A stretch of DNA of 64,000 nt. It comes from Epiperipatus broadwayi. Taxonomy: Eukaryota > Animalia > Onychophora. Location: contig JAQFVV010000003.1 of assembly GCA_028023455.1 (NCBI GenBank), positions 17,794,001 through 17,858,000 on the forward strand, given 5' to 3'. Position numbers and translations under genes: made by a program. The stretch's first letter is position 1. Each line of letters begins with the position of its first letter. A model generated the notes under the pieces. That model did not search any database and was not told the DNA's origin. It saw only the letters and a list, made by a program, of their open reading frames with translations. Below, in pieces: positions 1-14,000 of this stretch.

Positions 1-199
1 AGATAAAAACTGAGTCACAATATATAATTCAAACCTGTTCTGCTTTAATTACAAATGTACTTTGGCTTGCAGCATCTGAATGACAATTGGGCATCAACTT
101 CTTTCTTACAAGTGCCACCTTCCACTGAGGACTTTCTAAAAATATAAATGTGTAAAAATATAAATATTTATTGTTAAACATTCTCTCTCACACACATCA

Positions 200-966
200 A
201 TCCAAGAATGGTCTCTTTTATATATCACTATTTAGATCATCTTCATTGAGCTTTTCTTCTTACTCTTTGCTTCCCATACAATGCCTCCTTTTCTGCTCTA
301 CTTAAAATCTATCAATAGTCTTTCTTTTTTATCATAACCCTCATTACATCTTTAGTGATATGTTTATCTATCTAATTCTTCTTTATTTCTTTCACACATG
401 ACTCTTTCTCATCATGTTCTCTAATGTATTAGCATTAAAACTCATATATCTCACAATAGTTTTTGTCACAGTAATGATGATGAATAAAATCATGTACCCA
501 TGGACTCTTGAATCCAATCTTCATATCATCATATCATATAACATTCCTAACCTCATTTGTTAAATTTTTCTCTTAAACCTCAAAACATCAACCCTCCTCT
601 TAACAGGCTAACTTTCTGTCCAATATAAAACTATATCCCAAATAAAACTTTTAACACCTACCCTCTCAATAGCCCACAACATAAATGTATTATTGATGCA
701 ATTATCATCTTCAAATTTTTCTATTTCCCTCATCTCATGAACAAGTCTCCTATTTTTTGATTAACATTAAACTTTCTTTTATATTGAACTATTTCATTTG
801 TACCACCTAGTTTGGATTGTAAAATAGTTTTAGAAAAACATTGTTTAAACTTTTTAAATATATTAAAGATTAATAACGATGCACAGGTTAATAACATATA
901 CATTAGTATAAAATATATTTTAAGCAGTATTTTCCTCTCTTTTTCAGATATTTCTGCAGTAATCAT
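200..966 (-). mobile_element. Degenerate non-LTR retrotransposon (LINE) ORF2 C-terminal fragment
   Basis: Minus-strand K/I/E-rich coding-like frames broken by stops, similar in style to the LINE relics at 3.2-5.9 kb and 35.3-37.4 kb. No diagnostic motif fully intact; boundaries approximate. Confidence 0.35.
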
Positions 967-1014
967 CAGATCTGTTAAATACTAAATTTAACCAGACATT
1001 CTAAACAAAAGAAT

Positions 1015-1310
1015 AACCTACCCAATTAGAGCATCACTTAAATTCAATAGTATGAATTTAAAGGTCATTATTTTGATTTCCATGGCAATGCTATCACTTG
1101 TCAGGCCAGAAACACCTATAGAAGAGATAATAGTACTACTCAATATGCTGTGCTCTATACTAATCTGTACACTACTGCTAACAGATGGAAGTATTTGAAA
1201 AGTTTAAATTTTCCTAAAAATAATTAATAATTAAAACTAGAAGATGGAAACAATCCAACTTATAATTACAAGTAAAATGACATCATCACATACTTTTAGA
1301 AAACAAGACA
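1015..1310 (+). mobile_element. Decayed copy of the tRNA-headed, HHR-bearing SINE family (see 41455-41738)
   Basis: Colinear similarity to 41455-41738: TTAGAGCAT head, CTATCACTTGTCAGGCCAGAAACACCT middle, and AGATGG...CATCATCACA...AGAAAACA tail. The HHR core has decayed. Confidence 0.6.
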
Positions 1311-1949
1311 CTTTTTAATATGTCAATTTTCCATTCACATGGTTTAGTTTGATTTACTTATATTTTCATTTCAAAGTTTAATTCAAAGCTCAATCAGACC
1401 TCCTCCCTTGTTAACTGTACTCTCACATATAGTAGTCTGTCATCAGAAAAATAACATGACTTCTCTAATTTATAATTCTGTTTTTTATCAGCAAAATAAG
1501 TTACAATACTTCTGGCTTACAATACTGCTACATTATAGGCTTCATAACATGTGACTCCTTTAATTTACAGTATTGTATATCATCAGTAGATCAACAAATG
1601 ACTTCTCAAATTTACATTTAAATCCATTTAGCAACATAGACCATCCGTCATCGCTCATTCATAAACCATTTCTGAGCATGAGTAATCAATGGATACCAAA
1701 TGGCTGACCAGATACAACAATAGTGCTGATAGTAGTCATCCACTATTCAGTGAAAAGCATTGCTTTACCCATATTTATCCACCAGAAATCTTTATTTCTT
1801 TATTCTATTTAAGTTGATGGCTTGAAATGTTTTCTATACCCCAAAATTTTGAATGCAAGCTAACTTGTTTGCATAGCTTTAAAAATCCAGAACTAGATCA
1901 ATAACTATATACTTTAAAGACTCTGTAATATGCTAATAGTAGGCTCTTT

Positions 1950-2950
1950 TAATTCTTTGACAAAAAAGAAGATATAGACCAAAGTGATTCATAATTCTCC
2001 ATTTATGTCTCCATTGGCTGTAATTTTGCACTCTTTTTCAGATCTTTTTGTTGGAAGTGTAAATAATGGTAGTTCTAGACTACTGTTTTGTTGCTATTTG
2101 ATCTTCATCAGTAAGAAACACTAGATTTCATATATCAATCCAGCAGCCATCTTTTTTACTTTTACGCTACTCAAACCAATGGTTTTAATGCAAGGGTGTA
2201 GATAGAATTTTTGAGCCTCTATGCAAATTTTTTTTAAAAAAAACTTTAATATTTACACCATATGCTTTACCTAAATATCTTTTTTACCATCCTTTAATCT
2301 AATGATTGATAGTCAAATAGATAAATTCAGCACTTCAAACCCATTGCCTTTCTTTGCTCTATGATAGCTAAGAAGCTACAATAGAAAACCATCTTGTAAT
2401 AAGAATATAATATTTGACTACAATACACTGAAACACAATCCTAGCTTATTTTCATCATTTATCTAGATCAAAATCAATTTCTAGAAATAACCAAAAGCTA
2501 ACTGACAGTACTTGGGGTTGCAATGTGAATCCTTTGAAGACAATTTCTTTAGCAATAGTATATTCTGTTGGTGCCCCTGTTTGTAGGCAAAGATCCCTTA
2601 CTAAAGTTCAGAATATTCAATTAAATATTACCATGAAAAATATTACTGGTACACTCAAGCAGTCTACAGTGCTTCCTGTTCTTTGATATAATCCTTCATC
2701 AGATATCAGTAAAAAAGTTGTTTCACAAGAATATTTAAAAAGATATTAACCAAATCAGACTTGATAATAATTCCAAGATATAGTTTCACCATTTATGACT
2801 TGTCTTAAATCAAGATCTCCTTTTGGATGTTAAATCAAAAATCTAATTTCAATACAGAAGTTGGTAACTCAATACTGATTTTCATTCCCTTAAAATCCTA
2901 TGGAAGGATGGAATCTTTGCATAGGAGATGTATATTTTTATATGGAATAT
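1950..2950 (-). mobile_element. Degenerate LINE (RTE-like) reverse transcriptase fragment
   Basis: The reverse-strand translation gives remnants of the RT segment Q.GFR...ST...LAF.DF.KAFD (read as KDSHCNPKYCQLAFGYF*KLILI), with many stops. Confidence 0.5.
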
Positions 2951-3199
2951 TTTAAATATTTTTTCTTTAAAAAAAAAAGATGAGTAATTTTATATTTTTA
3001 AATGAATTGACAGATCTAAATACAATAATCTTAAGTTAATCTGAAAAAAGAAATAAAAACATTTGACAAAATTCTGCCAAATTATAAATATTTATAATAC
3101 AATAGTCAATTTCCAAGTTCAAATGTGATGCGATAAAACATGGCTTCTCTTTTATCAAAAGCTCCCTAAACTAAAATATCCCCCCAAAAACTGATAAGA

Positions 3200-5940
3200 A
3201 TCATTACTTTCCTTTCTCATTCTTTAATCTACTTAATTTCAAATCTGTTTTATTTTCTATTCCATTTCCATAGCAATATCTTTACTATATATTCATCTTC
3301 ATCATTATCAATTTATTATTGCCATCTTTTCTCATTGCATCTACACTTTAATAATACATGGTTATTCTTTTCCATATTTTAGTTACATAAATTCCAAAAA
3401 AAAAAAAATCTCCCAAGTTATTCCATTTATAAATACATCTTTAATCATCATTCCCTCTTGATATTCATTGTTATCATAAAATGATTCACTCGTGCTAATT
3501 TGCTTATTTATATACATACAAGCTGCTTCCATCTGAAGTCTCATCTCTCCAACTTTCAGCTTCTTTACCAATTTTCTAGCCTATTTTATTATCTTTATCT
3601 TCCACATTGATACCTGTCCTTTCCTTAAAATCCATTTAAAATTATTTGAACTATTCCATTACTATTCATAAACTGCAGCCTACAAAACCTTTTCAACTTG
3701 CATTTGCATATTTAAACACATGAACATCCTGGCTTTTCTTGAATTGTTCATTTTGTTCCCACAAATCTGCATCCAAAGAATGTCTTCCCACTTCTATTTG
3801 AATTCTCTTTACAATATCTAATATTTCTTTATAATCACATAATACATCATTATTATATATTAATCCTTGTACCACTACATCATACTTATTATATGAAAAG
3901 AATATTACTTTCCTTATTAGTATTTTTTTATTTTTTCCTCTTATCAATTTTATTTCCCAATCAACCAAATAATCTTTTTGGCCATTCAAAATCATTTCTA
4001 AATAATATATATCTATTTTTTCCCTATTTATCTCTCTTTAACCCCCCCCCCTTTATTTCCATTTCTTACGATTATTTTTAACTTCATTCCCTAAATTTAA
4101 TCTGTTTCTTTACCATTTACAAGACTAAAAGTAATTTCATGTTTTCCCTATTTCTTGTACACAAGAATACAAGATTAGCAAAGAATGACTGATAAAGCAT
4201 ACATTCTCTTATCATCCATTAAAATGAACTTTAACCTCTTTCTAGTTCTTCTGTTTTCAATTACATTTATTAAAATATAGTAAAGGACTATTGACTTTAT
4301 ATTTTCCAATTGTTAAGAATAATATGTTCATATAATTTTCTAATCAGAACCACTAAAGCTCCTCTATTTTCATATTTAACAAAATTCTCTCCACAATCTG
4401 TTCCCACAATCAAAAGCCTTTTCTATCATAAATAAATATTTGCCTATTTTCTTATTCTTTTCTATAATTATAAATAAGCTATTATTTATATTATGAGCAG
4501 ATCTAAACCCTTTTTTCACTTTTCCAATCATCATATAAGCAAATATTATATAAATCATTAATGTACTGATTAAACTTTTATCACTTTTAGCTTTACCTTT
4601 AAATAACAACATCACTCATATTATTCCAAGTAGTTGTAACTTCCATTCCCTTTATTAAAGTTTTAAAACACTCCAATAAAATTGTGTTAGTCCTAAGTTC
4701 CAGATTTATTAACATCTCTGCTATTTATTCTCACTTTTCCTTTTTTTTAGTACTCCAATCAATTCACTCACTGTAAATTTAATATTTCTTCAATTATATG
4801 ATTCTATAATTGCTATCTCATTTCTCTTAATGGCTAAATTTTTTCATACTCACTATATGATTGTTTAAAATCAATACATTTTTTTTTCCTTTATCATCAA
4901 ATAAAACAATTTCTCTTTTTATTACACAGTATTCTTAGTTTTTACATATTTCCAAAAAAATTTATTTCCTTTAATTCCAGTTTTATTGGTGTCCCCAATA
5001 ATTTACTATTTAAATATTTTAATGTGAAATAAAATGGTTTTTCCTTAAATGAAATCAGAAATTTCTGTGCATATGTTATATACTCAGTAACCAAGTTAAA
5101 TATTCTCTCCTTCACAAACCACAATCACAATCAGCTAGTCTTATTTTTACTCATCATTACAAAATCATCTTCCCAGACCTCACATATTTCTTTTCCTGTA
5201 CCATCTTAATAAAAGTTGTTTCATTAATTTCATTATCCTATACTCATATTCTTCATTTTCATTATAAAAACCTAAACAAAACAAAAAAAATCATAAAATC
5301 TCTAGCTCTTTCATTCACTTTATTTTTAAATTTCTTCCATTTTCCATAGAATTTATTTAAGGTTAGGGTTAAGTGAAAATCACTTTATAGTAAGATAACT
5401 TAAAATTTCTCATATGATGAAATTTGATTTTCTTTCAACATCTTATATTCATAAATAAATGTTCAATACCGTCTCTCCCAATTTCCTCATAAACTATCTC
5501 TACATTCCAAAATCCTTATTTCAGTTTTGCTTTCTTTCCCTGGATTAAACTTCTACCCCTAGCATCAATAAGCTCCCTTTAATGTTATCATACTTTATAT
5601 TCTTATATAATTATAAACTATTTTTTGTTCACATTCATTTTTCACATTTCTATTCCTTTTTCTTGAAACAACTTATCTAATCTCTTTTCTATCCTTCATA
5701 ATTATATATTTGTAATATATTCTCTACACCTTTATTCTCATTTCTTATATAAGATATATGGAAATAAATTCTATATCTATTAACTTTGTATATTCTAAAA
5801 ATCTTTCCTGGCTGATGAGTTTTTACCTTCTCCATACAAGTATCTACTTTTATTTATAAATTGCAACATTTTAAACATTTAAAATTTGCTTTTAATTTTC
5901 CTTATTAAAAGAAGTCCATTATATTTCATCTTGAATGGTC
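3200..5940 (-). mobile_element. Degenerate LINE ORF2 (RT plus C-terminal region), same family as 35290-37440
   Basis: ORF 4376-4615 contains GFRSAHNINNSLFII...MIEKAFD (RT motifs). ORF 3693-3995 (SYNKYDV...GLIYNNDVLC...EVGRHSLDADLW) matches 36850-37134 (SYNKYNV...GLTYGNDVLC...EVGRHSLDADVW). Confidence 0.85.
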
Positions 5941-6863
5941 TCATTTGCGGTCGACAATTCATTCGCAGTGCACGTCTACAATAATCCTTTTTGCATTCTA
6001 TTTAAAATTTCTTAGTTCTCTCATCGCTATAAAGCACATAATTTCAAATAATAAAACACTCCTTTCAAAATAATTTTTTGTGTTCATATATAAAAATCTT
6101 GCCTTGTTTTTAAGAAATCCTATTCTATTTTTTGCTTTCCCTTTCAACTTTAATTTCTAACCTACCTGCAAACTTTCTTTTTTCATTTAACAAGATACCG
6201 AAAGACTTCGCTTTTTCAAAAGATCTCCCATTCCGTCAGTCTATTCATTTCTGCCATCTACTAATTTTTTCCATAACTAATTTAAAAATTCCGAAAGAAT
6301 AAAAGTTTTTTATTTACTCAATTCTTATGATTTTTTTTATATATATAAGATAAATCAACAGGATATTATATTTTTTTAATTTAAAAATATTTTTAATAAT
6401 AAATACAATAATAAAGATAATTAAAGCGTAGGGTAAATATGTAAAATAACATCTAATAATGGTTTTATATATCATAAATTATTGAAAAATTGTTTTTTTT
6501 TTATATTAATAACCACATTTGGCTTTAGTCTAAACTGATTTTTAAATACTTCATAGTACCTACGCCAATTATGAGTTTTTTAATTATTAAATTTTCGTTT
6601 CCGAAAAATTTTAAAAAATTAATTTTACAAAATGTATAATTCAGTAATAACTCAAACTCTGTAATTATACTGCAATAATTTAGCGCATCAATATCAATAT
6701 TTATTCTGAGTGAGTGCAGAGAACTCGCTTCAAAAGATAAATATTAGAATAATAATAATAATTTTAGAATTAAATATATAATTTTATTTAACAAACAACG
6801 TCAACTTAAAAATTATGAAATAAAATTTGAACTTTATCTTTCTTATTGCACTGCCAAATCCAT

Positions 6864-7010
6864 ATAATGTTAATATCATCTATATCTTTTATTACTTTTT
6901 ACAATGCTTTTTTACAGACAGTTTCGATTGCCAGCAATCTTTTTCAGAATTGTCTGTAAAAAAGCATTATAAAAAGTAATAAAATGATATAGATGATATT
7001 AATATTATAA
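6864..7010. repeat. Fold-back inverted repeat, ~60-bp arms and ~23-nt loop
   Basis: ATAATGTTAATATCATCTATATCTTTTATTACTTTTTACAATGCTTTTTACAGACA pairs with TGTCTGTAAAAAAGCATTATAAAAAGTAATAAAATGATATAGATGATATTAATATTAT. Confidence 0.85.
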
Positions 7011-7100
7011 AAATTGAACTTATGAAATTTGCAAACAAATTTATTTTTTCAAATCCAATTATAAAGTCATTTGGATTTGATTATCCCAAACATTACTGGA

Positions 7101-7162
7101 CAGTGGCGGCAACCCACAAACATCCGTTCATTTTCTCCCAAATTAATTTTTAGCAGCCACTG
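7101..7162. mobile_element. Tiny internally deleted TIR element (hAT-like ends)
   Basis: CAGTGGCGGC ... GCAGCCACTG terminal inverted repeats around ~40 bp; no clear TSD. Confidence 0.4.
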
Positions 7163-7843
7163 ATTTATGTTAATGTGGACAAACACAAACAATGGATTGT
7201 GTTGAATCTAAGGTTACAGTGATAGAAGTAAAAAAAAACTTTTAAAAAGCCATTAATGAATCTATCTCCTAGTTGGAATCTTTAGATACTTTTTTTATGA
7301 TATTTTGTTAATAGTTACATAATTTAAGGGGAGGGGGGGATTGTCTAATTAACCATACGGATTTTATTTATATATTCATACACATATTTTATATATATCC
7401 TAATGAATAAGTTTAAAATCTTTATTTCTTTATTTTAATATACAAATCTCAAGAATAAAATTATCAGTAAAAGCCATCTAATGTTGCAGAATCTAAATTA
7501 CTAGTAAAAGAAAAAATGCTTCACTTTCCTTCAGCTTGTTTTTAATTCACATCTAAAACATTTAACAATAGAAGGGAATATTTAAATGATCTGAAAATAT
7601 TGCAATGACAACTCACTCAATTACCTTTCTCATTCCCATTTCCAAGGTAACATTTATTTCAAACACCTTTAATAACCATATATATCACAATTACTTAAAC
7701 AAATAAATAAATTTATTTCAGTAAGTATTCAACGTTTTTTAATTATGATACTATATAAGTAATACTTTTAGGTTATAGCCTTATACCAAAACACATAATT
7801 TCAGCTTACTATGGTATAAACAAGAGCAGTCCTTTCTCTGGAG

Positions 7844-10280
7844 CAGTATTTCCAAAGTGAGGTATGCATACTCCAGGGGTTATATAAAGTGATATTTGGG
7901 AATATACCAATATACTGTGAAATGCAGCCTTATTTCAAAATGTAATCATTATTTTGTTAGTGGGAAAATGCATTTTTAATAGCTTTTTAGTGGGAAACTA
8001 AGAATTTAAATTTAGCAGTTTTTTAGCAGGATTCAGAATCGATTTGTGGTGGGCAAATGAATTTCATATCTGGCAACACTGTTTATGTCTCAGCCACTCA
8101 GTGTACCATTATACAAGTGCCTGATACATCGTGTATCATCATCGAGAGAATTTTATGAACTGTATAGAAATTATACAGATAGTGAATATTATAATCACTA
8201 TGATTAGTTGACTCTTAAATGCTATTGATTTTAAATCCCTCATAAAATGGATAAAGGGTAAAAAAAATTACCCGCAAAGAAACCATGGGTTGAAGATTAT
8301 TCTAATAGTGCTTCTATTTCTGGTGTGCCACAAAAATGCATTAGTGTTGATAATGATAATTGTTCAAGTTCATTAGCGATCATGTCAAGAGATAAAAATA
8401 TTAATGATATGGTGTGTACAAAAAAATTGTACCAAAAAGTTCAAAATTGTCAAGCAGACTACTTAAAATTTGGGTTTACATCAAAAGGAATCAACAATGA
8501 ATCCCATTCTAAATGTGTATTATGTTATGAGATGCACGCCATCAATATTAATAAAGCATTTAAAAGCTAAACATACCAAACATGCAATTTTTTGAACAAT
8601 ATTTAAAAACATGCAATACTCAAGATAGTAATTTGAAAAAAATTTGTTACACTTAATGACAGATGTTTAGAAGCCTCTCTTGAGATTTCTTTCTTAGTAG
8701 CAAAAAATAAAAAGCCACATGCCAATGGCGAAACACTTGTTCTTTCTGCTGTAATAAAAACGAAGTAAAATTCACAGAGAAGAATAGACTGAGAGACTAA
8801 AATATATTCCATTGCAGCAAGTACAGTTTCTAGGCATATAGAATTTATTGCTGATAATTTAAAGAAGAGTTATTCAAACAAATTACTCAATGTGGAAAAT
8901 TTGCTACACAACTGGATGAAAGCTCAGATGTCACCAACTTTGCTCAGTTAATGGTATTTATTGGATATTTTTTTAATAATGAATTGTGCAAAGAACTACT
9001 TTTTTGTGAGCTACTTAAAGAAAGATGTACAGGGGAAGACATTTTTTCAACAGTAAATAATTTCTTTGTTACAAATAACATTTTATGAGAAAATTGTGTG
9101 TTACCAGTGACTGGAAGAAAAAAGATTCAAGGCAAAGATAATTGAAATTGTACTCCACCTGAAATTCGTACACTATATTATCCATCAACAAGCTATTGCA
9201 GCAAAGAAATTGGAGCCAGAAATATATCACATGCTGCAGGATGTTATTTAATTTTGTAAAAACAAGAACCTTAAATAGTAGAATATTTTCGGTAACATGC
9301 AATGAAATGGGCAGTAGCCATGAAAATCTCCCGTAACATACATTAGTTTGTTGGTTATCTCAAGGGAAAGTGCTGAACTGAGTTGTTAAATTGAAAAATG
9401 AATTACCCATTTTTCTCTTGGACAGAGATAAAGAGTTCAATGTTTGCCTGCCTTTTCAGTGATGATAAGTGGCTCTTGATAGTATGTTACTTAGTTGATA
9501 TTTTTGAAAAAGTAAACATGCTCAATTTGTCTGTTCAAGGAAAAGGTGACATTTTAACAATGACTGAAAAAGTAATTGCATTTCAAAAGAAAATTGTGAT
9601 GTGGAGGGAGAATTTTAAAATGAGATTTTTAGAAATGTTTCCATCATTGTCTGACTTTGTTTCTGAAAATGAAGTAAATGTGGAACAAATTAAAAGTCTT
9701 ATATCTACACATTTATTAAAATTTGGAGACAGAATTTTGTAATCAATTTATAGATTCTCCTAGTATTAAAAGTGAGTTTCAATGAGTCATGAACTCATTT
9801 GCTGAAAATATAAAAATAGATCCTCTTTCAATTACAGCTCAAGAATAGATAATTGACATGAGTGAAAGAACAATGCTGCCCTCCGAATTTAAAGAAAAAT
9901 CTCTTCATAATTGAACTGAAAACCAAATATCCAGATTTAGTAAGCACAGCAACGAATGCAATCTTACCATTTGGTTCTACATACCTGTGTGAATAGCATT
10001 TTCTGCAATGATAATAGTTAAAATCAAATACATAAATAAATTAAAGTTAGAACCAGATCTTCGAATTCCATTAACAAAAGGCAAATATAATCATATTTCT
10101 CAGATTAAATTCTAATTCTACATGTAAATTTGTAATTTAATTTAAATGTATGTATATTGTTTAAAATAAATAAATAATTTTATTTTTGACTCACAAACAC
10201 ATATATTATATTAAAGGGGGTACAACTTATAATTATTTTCATCTTAGGGCTATGTGACCAAAAAAGTTTGGAGATCACTG
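7844..10280 (+). mobile_element. hAT DNA transposon, Buster/Charlie (ZBED5/SCAND3-like) type, full length but with an inactivated transposase
   Basis: TIRs CAGTATTTCCAAA / TTTGGAGATCACTG and an 8-bp TSD (CTCTGGAG 7836-7843 vs CTCTAGAG 10281-10288, the typical NTCTAGAN target). Transposase remnants include GFTSKG...SKCVLC (BED-like finger), WLLIVCYLVDIFEKVNMLNLSVQGK and a C-terminal PFGSTYLC...LEPDLRI segment. Multiple stops and frameshifts. Confidence 0.92.
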
Positions 10281-10387
10281 CTCTAGAGCCATCTATTGTG
10301 AAATTCATTAATCACTAGTTATCAGATGATGGTGCAGTTTAATCCCAATCCACAGATTCATTTTGTGATTTTATCTTAATAGTAAAA

Positions 10388-10498
10388 TAAATAATTGAAC
10401 GTTATCATTGCTCATGAGTTCATGAGACCAGAAGTGCCATAATGTAGCAACCTCAAGATCACAAGTCTGCCACTTTATCAAGCCACCAAAGATGTAGA
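10388..10498 (-). mobile_element. Short SINE-like insertion flanked by a 16-bp TSD
   Basis: TATCTTAATAGTAAAA occurs at 10372-10387 and 10499-10514. The insert is more GC-rich, with a tRNA-like GGTGGCTTGATAAAGTGGCAGAC on the minus strand. Confidence 0.55.
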
Positions 10499-10619
10499 TA
10501 TCTTAATAGTAAAAAAGATGTTAAAAGTGCAATGGTTTCAGTTTAGAATCTGAAGTCCTAATTGATAAAAGCAGAAGTTATAAATCGTGAAATAAATTGA
10601 ATTTCACTATCATTTGACA

Positions 10620-10661
10620 CCTCTCTGAGGAGTGCCAAAGCACGAAACCATGATCAGGAGT
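10620..10661 (+). ncRNA. Minimal type I hammerhead ribozyme motif (solo)
   Basis: CCTCT-CTGAGGA-GTGC(CAAA)GCAC-GAAA-CCATGA-TC-AGGAG: intact core, perfect 4-bp stem II with G10.1-C11.1, near-palindromic stem III (CCATGG would be perfect) and an imperfect stem I. Confidence 0.7.
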
Positions 10662-10977
10662 TTGGGGATGGGTTCCTGACAGAGATATTTTAAGTGCTGG
10701 CTCTGGCTAAGCATTTATCACAAAGCTTGTAGAGGAATTGGCAATCCTCATTGTTTATAACTTACAAGCTTGAGAGATAGGGTCATGTGATCTATGACTC
10801 TTATTTTGACTATTTATCATTTGGTAAATAACTGATCTCTTAAAGGAATAGATAACCTTAGTGTAGCAAAGAGAAGGGAAACTGTTAGCTAAAAGAATCA
10901 AGTGATGTTATGTTGGTTAAAAAAAAGACATATGGCTTTATTATTTGAGATTTCATAAGAAGTTTGAGTACCAGATC

Positions 10978-11042
10978 TGTGTCAGAATCAATCCAGGGAC
11001 CTCCCGATCCAAGTCAGATGCTCTACCAACTAACCAAATGGT
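10978..11042 (-). mobile_element. tRNA-derived SINE head or tRNA pseudogene
   Basis: The minus strand reads TTAGTTGGTAGAGCATCTGACTTGGATCGGGAGGTCCCTGGATTGATTC: an A-box and a degenerate B-box, with no intact cloverleaf. Confidence 0.6.
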
Positions 11043-14000
11043 GTAGGGTGTTTTGTTGGTATTAACATTCTAAGCTAAGGAGATTAAATATCTACAAGAT
11101 AGTCAATGTGAAGTTACTATATTGTAACCTTTTGATTGGTTATCTGTATTAAAAGTTGGATATAAAATATATATAATATAGCCAAAATTTTAAATTTAAA
11201 GAATATACAATTGTAATACTATAAATTTTGATATATAACATGCACAGATAACTTAATTCATAAAGTTTAAAGATGAAATTCTTTGGAGATATTTAATACC
11301 CATCTTTTATTTATAATTATTTATTTTATAAACAGTTATATAATTTCAATACAATAGATTTTAATCAATACAAACATATTTGCTTATTTAAATTTATTAG
11401 GTTTGATAAAAGTTGCACTACTAATAAATTTAATCTTAGTATATTTAAATGACAGTGATCCTTTAAAAGGTAATTGTATGGCTCTGAACATAATTCTAGA
11501 AAATAAAAAATAAAAAAATTATTTATTCCAATATAATAATTTATTTTAAAATAATAATCATAATAATTCATAATATATTTTAAATATAAATATCACTACT
11601 AAATTTCTTTTTTTTAAATTAGTTAATAGTACAAGTTATTAAAAGTATAATTATATTTTAAATTTAAATTTTAAAAGTCATTCAATATAATTTAGTTTTT
11701 AAAATATTTATCAATTTTAATTATTTTGTAAGTAGACAGAAAGATAATCATTAAGTTTGCTGATTGACTTTAGATATTGACCAATAAAACTTAATTAATT
11801 AGTTTTTTGACATCACTGTCTTTAGTATATAAGGTGAAATAGCAGATAAACAGGGGCAATTGATTTAAAACAAAAAAGTAAACATCTGTTTCACATAAGT
11901 TTGTAAAAATTATAAAATTTGTGCTATATTTTATTTTTTTAACCAGTAAAAGTAATAACTAACAATCTGAATAAGGATATAACATATTTTAATAGTAATA
12001 CTTAAAATAATGGAACAAGTTTAATTAAATTTCTTTGTCATGACCTAATTACAGTCTTGGACATCAAATCATAATTGACATGATAACTAAAGAAATTTTA
12101 AAAGAAGAGTTAAAGAGATTATCAGTTGGAAAAACCATGAAAAAGGAATATAAACTACAGTTACTTAAAAGAAAATACAACTGTTGTCACATAAAAAAAG
12201 ATCTGTTTATCTCTATTCATATTAATTAATTTCATTATTAATGTATTTAATCAGAGAAACAATTATAAAATACAGCGTGATAAATGTCATAAACTTATAA
12301 AATTAGTTTATCAAACTTTAAAATAATTACTTTGTGGAAAATGATAAGTTTAGTTGAAACTAATTCTCTTTTGGATTCAAATAAGTGATGTTATAGTTAG
12401 CTTTGTAAAATTAAAAAAAGAAAAATATTTATCATATAATCAATGATTAATTAATTATAGAACAGTTAAATATAAGAATTATTGTGTTTTAAATAAGATA
12501 AAATATTATAAAGATGGAGAATGTTTTATCCTAGCACATAAAATTATCTTGTCATAGGAGGAATATTAAAAGTATAAAAGATAACAGGAACATCTGTTTG
12601 ATCTTTTAATAATGACTAATAATGATAAAAATATTTTATAGTACTATAAAGTTACCTGAATTTACTTTATGTGTATTTTAAAAATATGAAACTATTAAAT
12701 AAAAATAAAATGAAAAGATAAGTTGAAGTGAAGCTTACTTATAAACTGACTTTATGTATTCTAAAGTTTTTAGCATGGAAAAAAATAAAATTAAAAATTA
12801 TTTTGAATATTCATTAAACTATTTAATTATTGTATTGTTCCGGAATATATTTATGTGCATTTAATTTTAAATATGTCAAAATCTAGAAAGTAAATAAGGA
12901 TATGAGCTCAGAAACATTTATCAAGTTATTATTATGATTTTTTTTTTAATGTTTTACTTAAAAGGTAGAATGAATTCTCTTTTTTAAAAAAAAAAAGAGA
13001 AAAAGATTTTTTTATTCTTGATTTTATTATTAACATTTTTGATATAAAATATAAGATTATATGTTAAGATTAGAAATAAATGACATAATTTTATATAGAA
13101 CTAATCTATAAGATTAAGATGGATTGATCTATTATTATTCATTTAATTTTAAAGAATTAAACATGTGCTGAGAGAATCGATATAGTTCACATGAGTTATA
13201 GAATAAGAGTTTATGTGGGTAACATAATAATTTATATTTTAATAGGTAAGATTTAAAATTTGATTGTGATAAATGTAGTCATTTATTAGAATAAAATATA
13301 TGTATTGAAATAATGATGATGAATCTAAAGTAATGGAATTCTATGAAAATGAAAATAAATATATTATAAAAATGTAATGTTATTTAGGAGAATATGAAAC
13401 AGAATGAATGTTAAAGTGGAAAATTAATTACGATCTCAATTGTTGTATTAGAAAATTGTAATTGTATTAAAGGAATATTTTATTTATTCACATTTCATTA
13501 AATAAGAAAAAATCTTGAAGACTTATTTTAAAATTGCAAATAAATATTATCACAAGTGTAGAGTATTTAACAGAAATTGGTATTATTCTTAAGAATTACA
13601 TTCTTATTTTAAAATCCAGTTGAATTTTATTTTATAGAATAAATTTAAAACTATTATATTATTTTAAAATACAATTTAATAATAAAATATATTATAATGT
13701 TTGTGTTTTTGAAAGATACAATTCAAATGAATAAATGCTAATTAATTAAATGTATCTAAATGAGCAAGATGATAGGAGGTAATGATTGTATGATAAAGCT
13801 TTTGATTATAGCAAAATGATTATTCTACTTTATGATGGTTATGAGAATAAATATTAGGAAGGTTAATTAAATTATATAAGTGAAAATAAGCAGACTATGA
13901 GCTTTAATTTTAATGTATTGTTATTATGGTTAGATTAATTTTCAAATAGGAAGATTAGTTTACATTTGTAATTGTAAGTGTGGTTATTATTTAAATAGTT

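Noticed and set aside
930-975. Minus-strand CTGATGA...GAAA near 961
   Set aside because: No pairing for stem I or stem II; likely chance in AT-rich DNA.
5358-5376. Telomere-like AAGGTTAGGGTTAAG
   Set aside because: A single TTAGGG inside a LINE relic; expected by chance.
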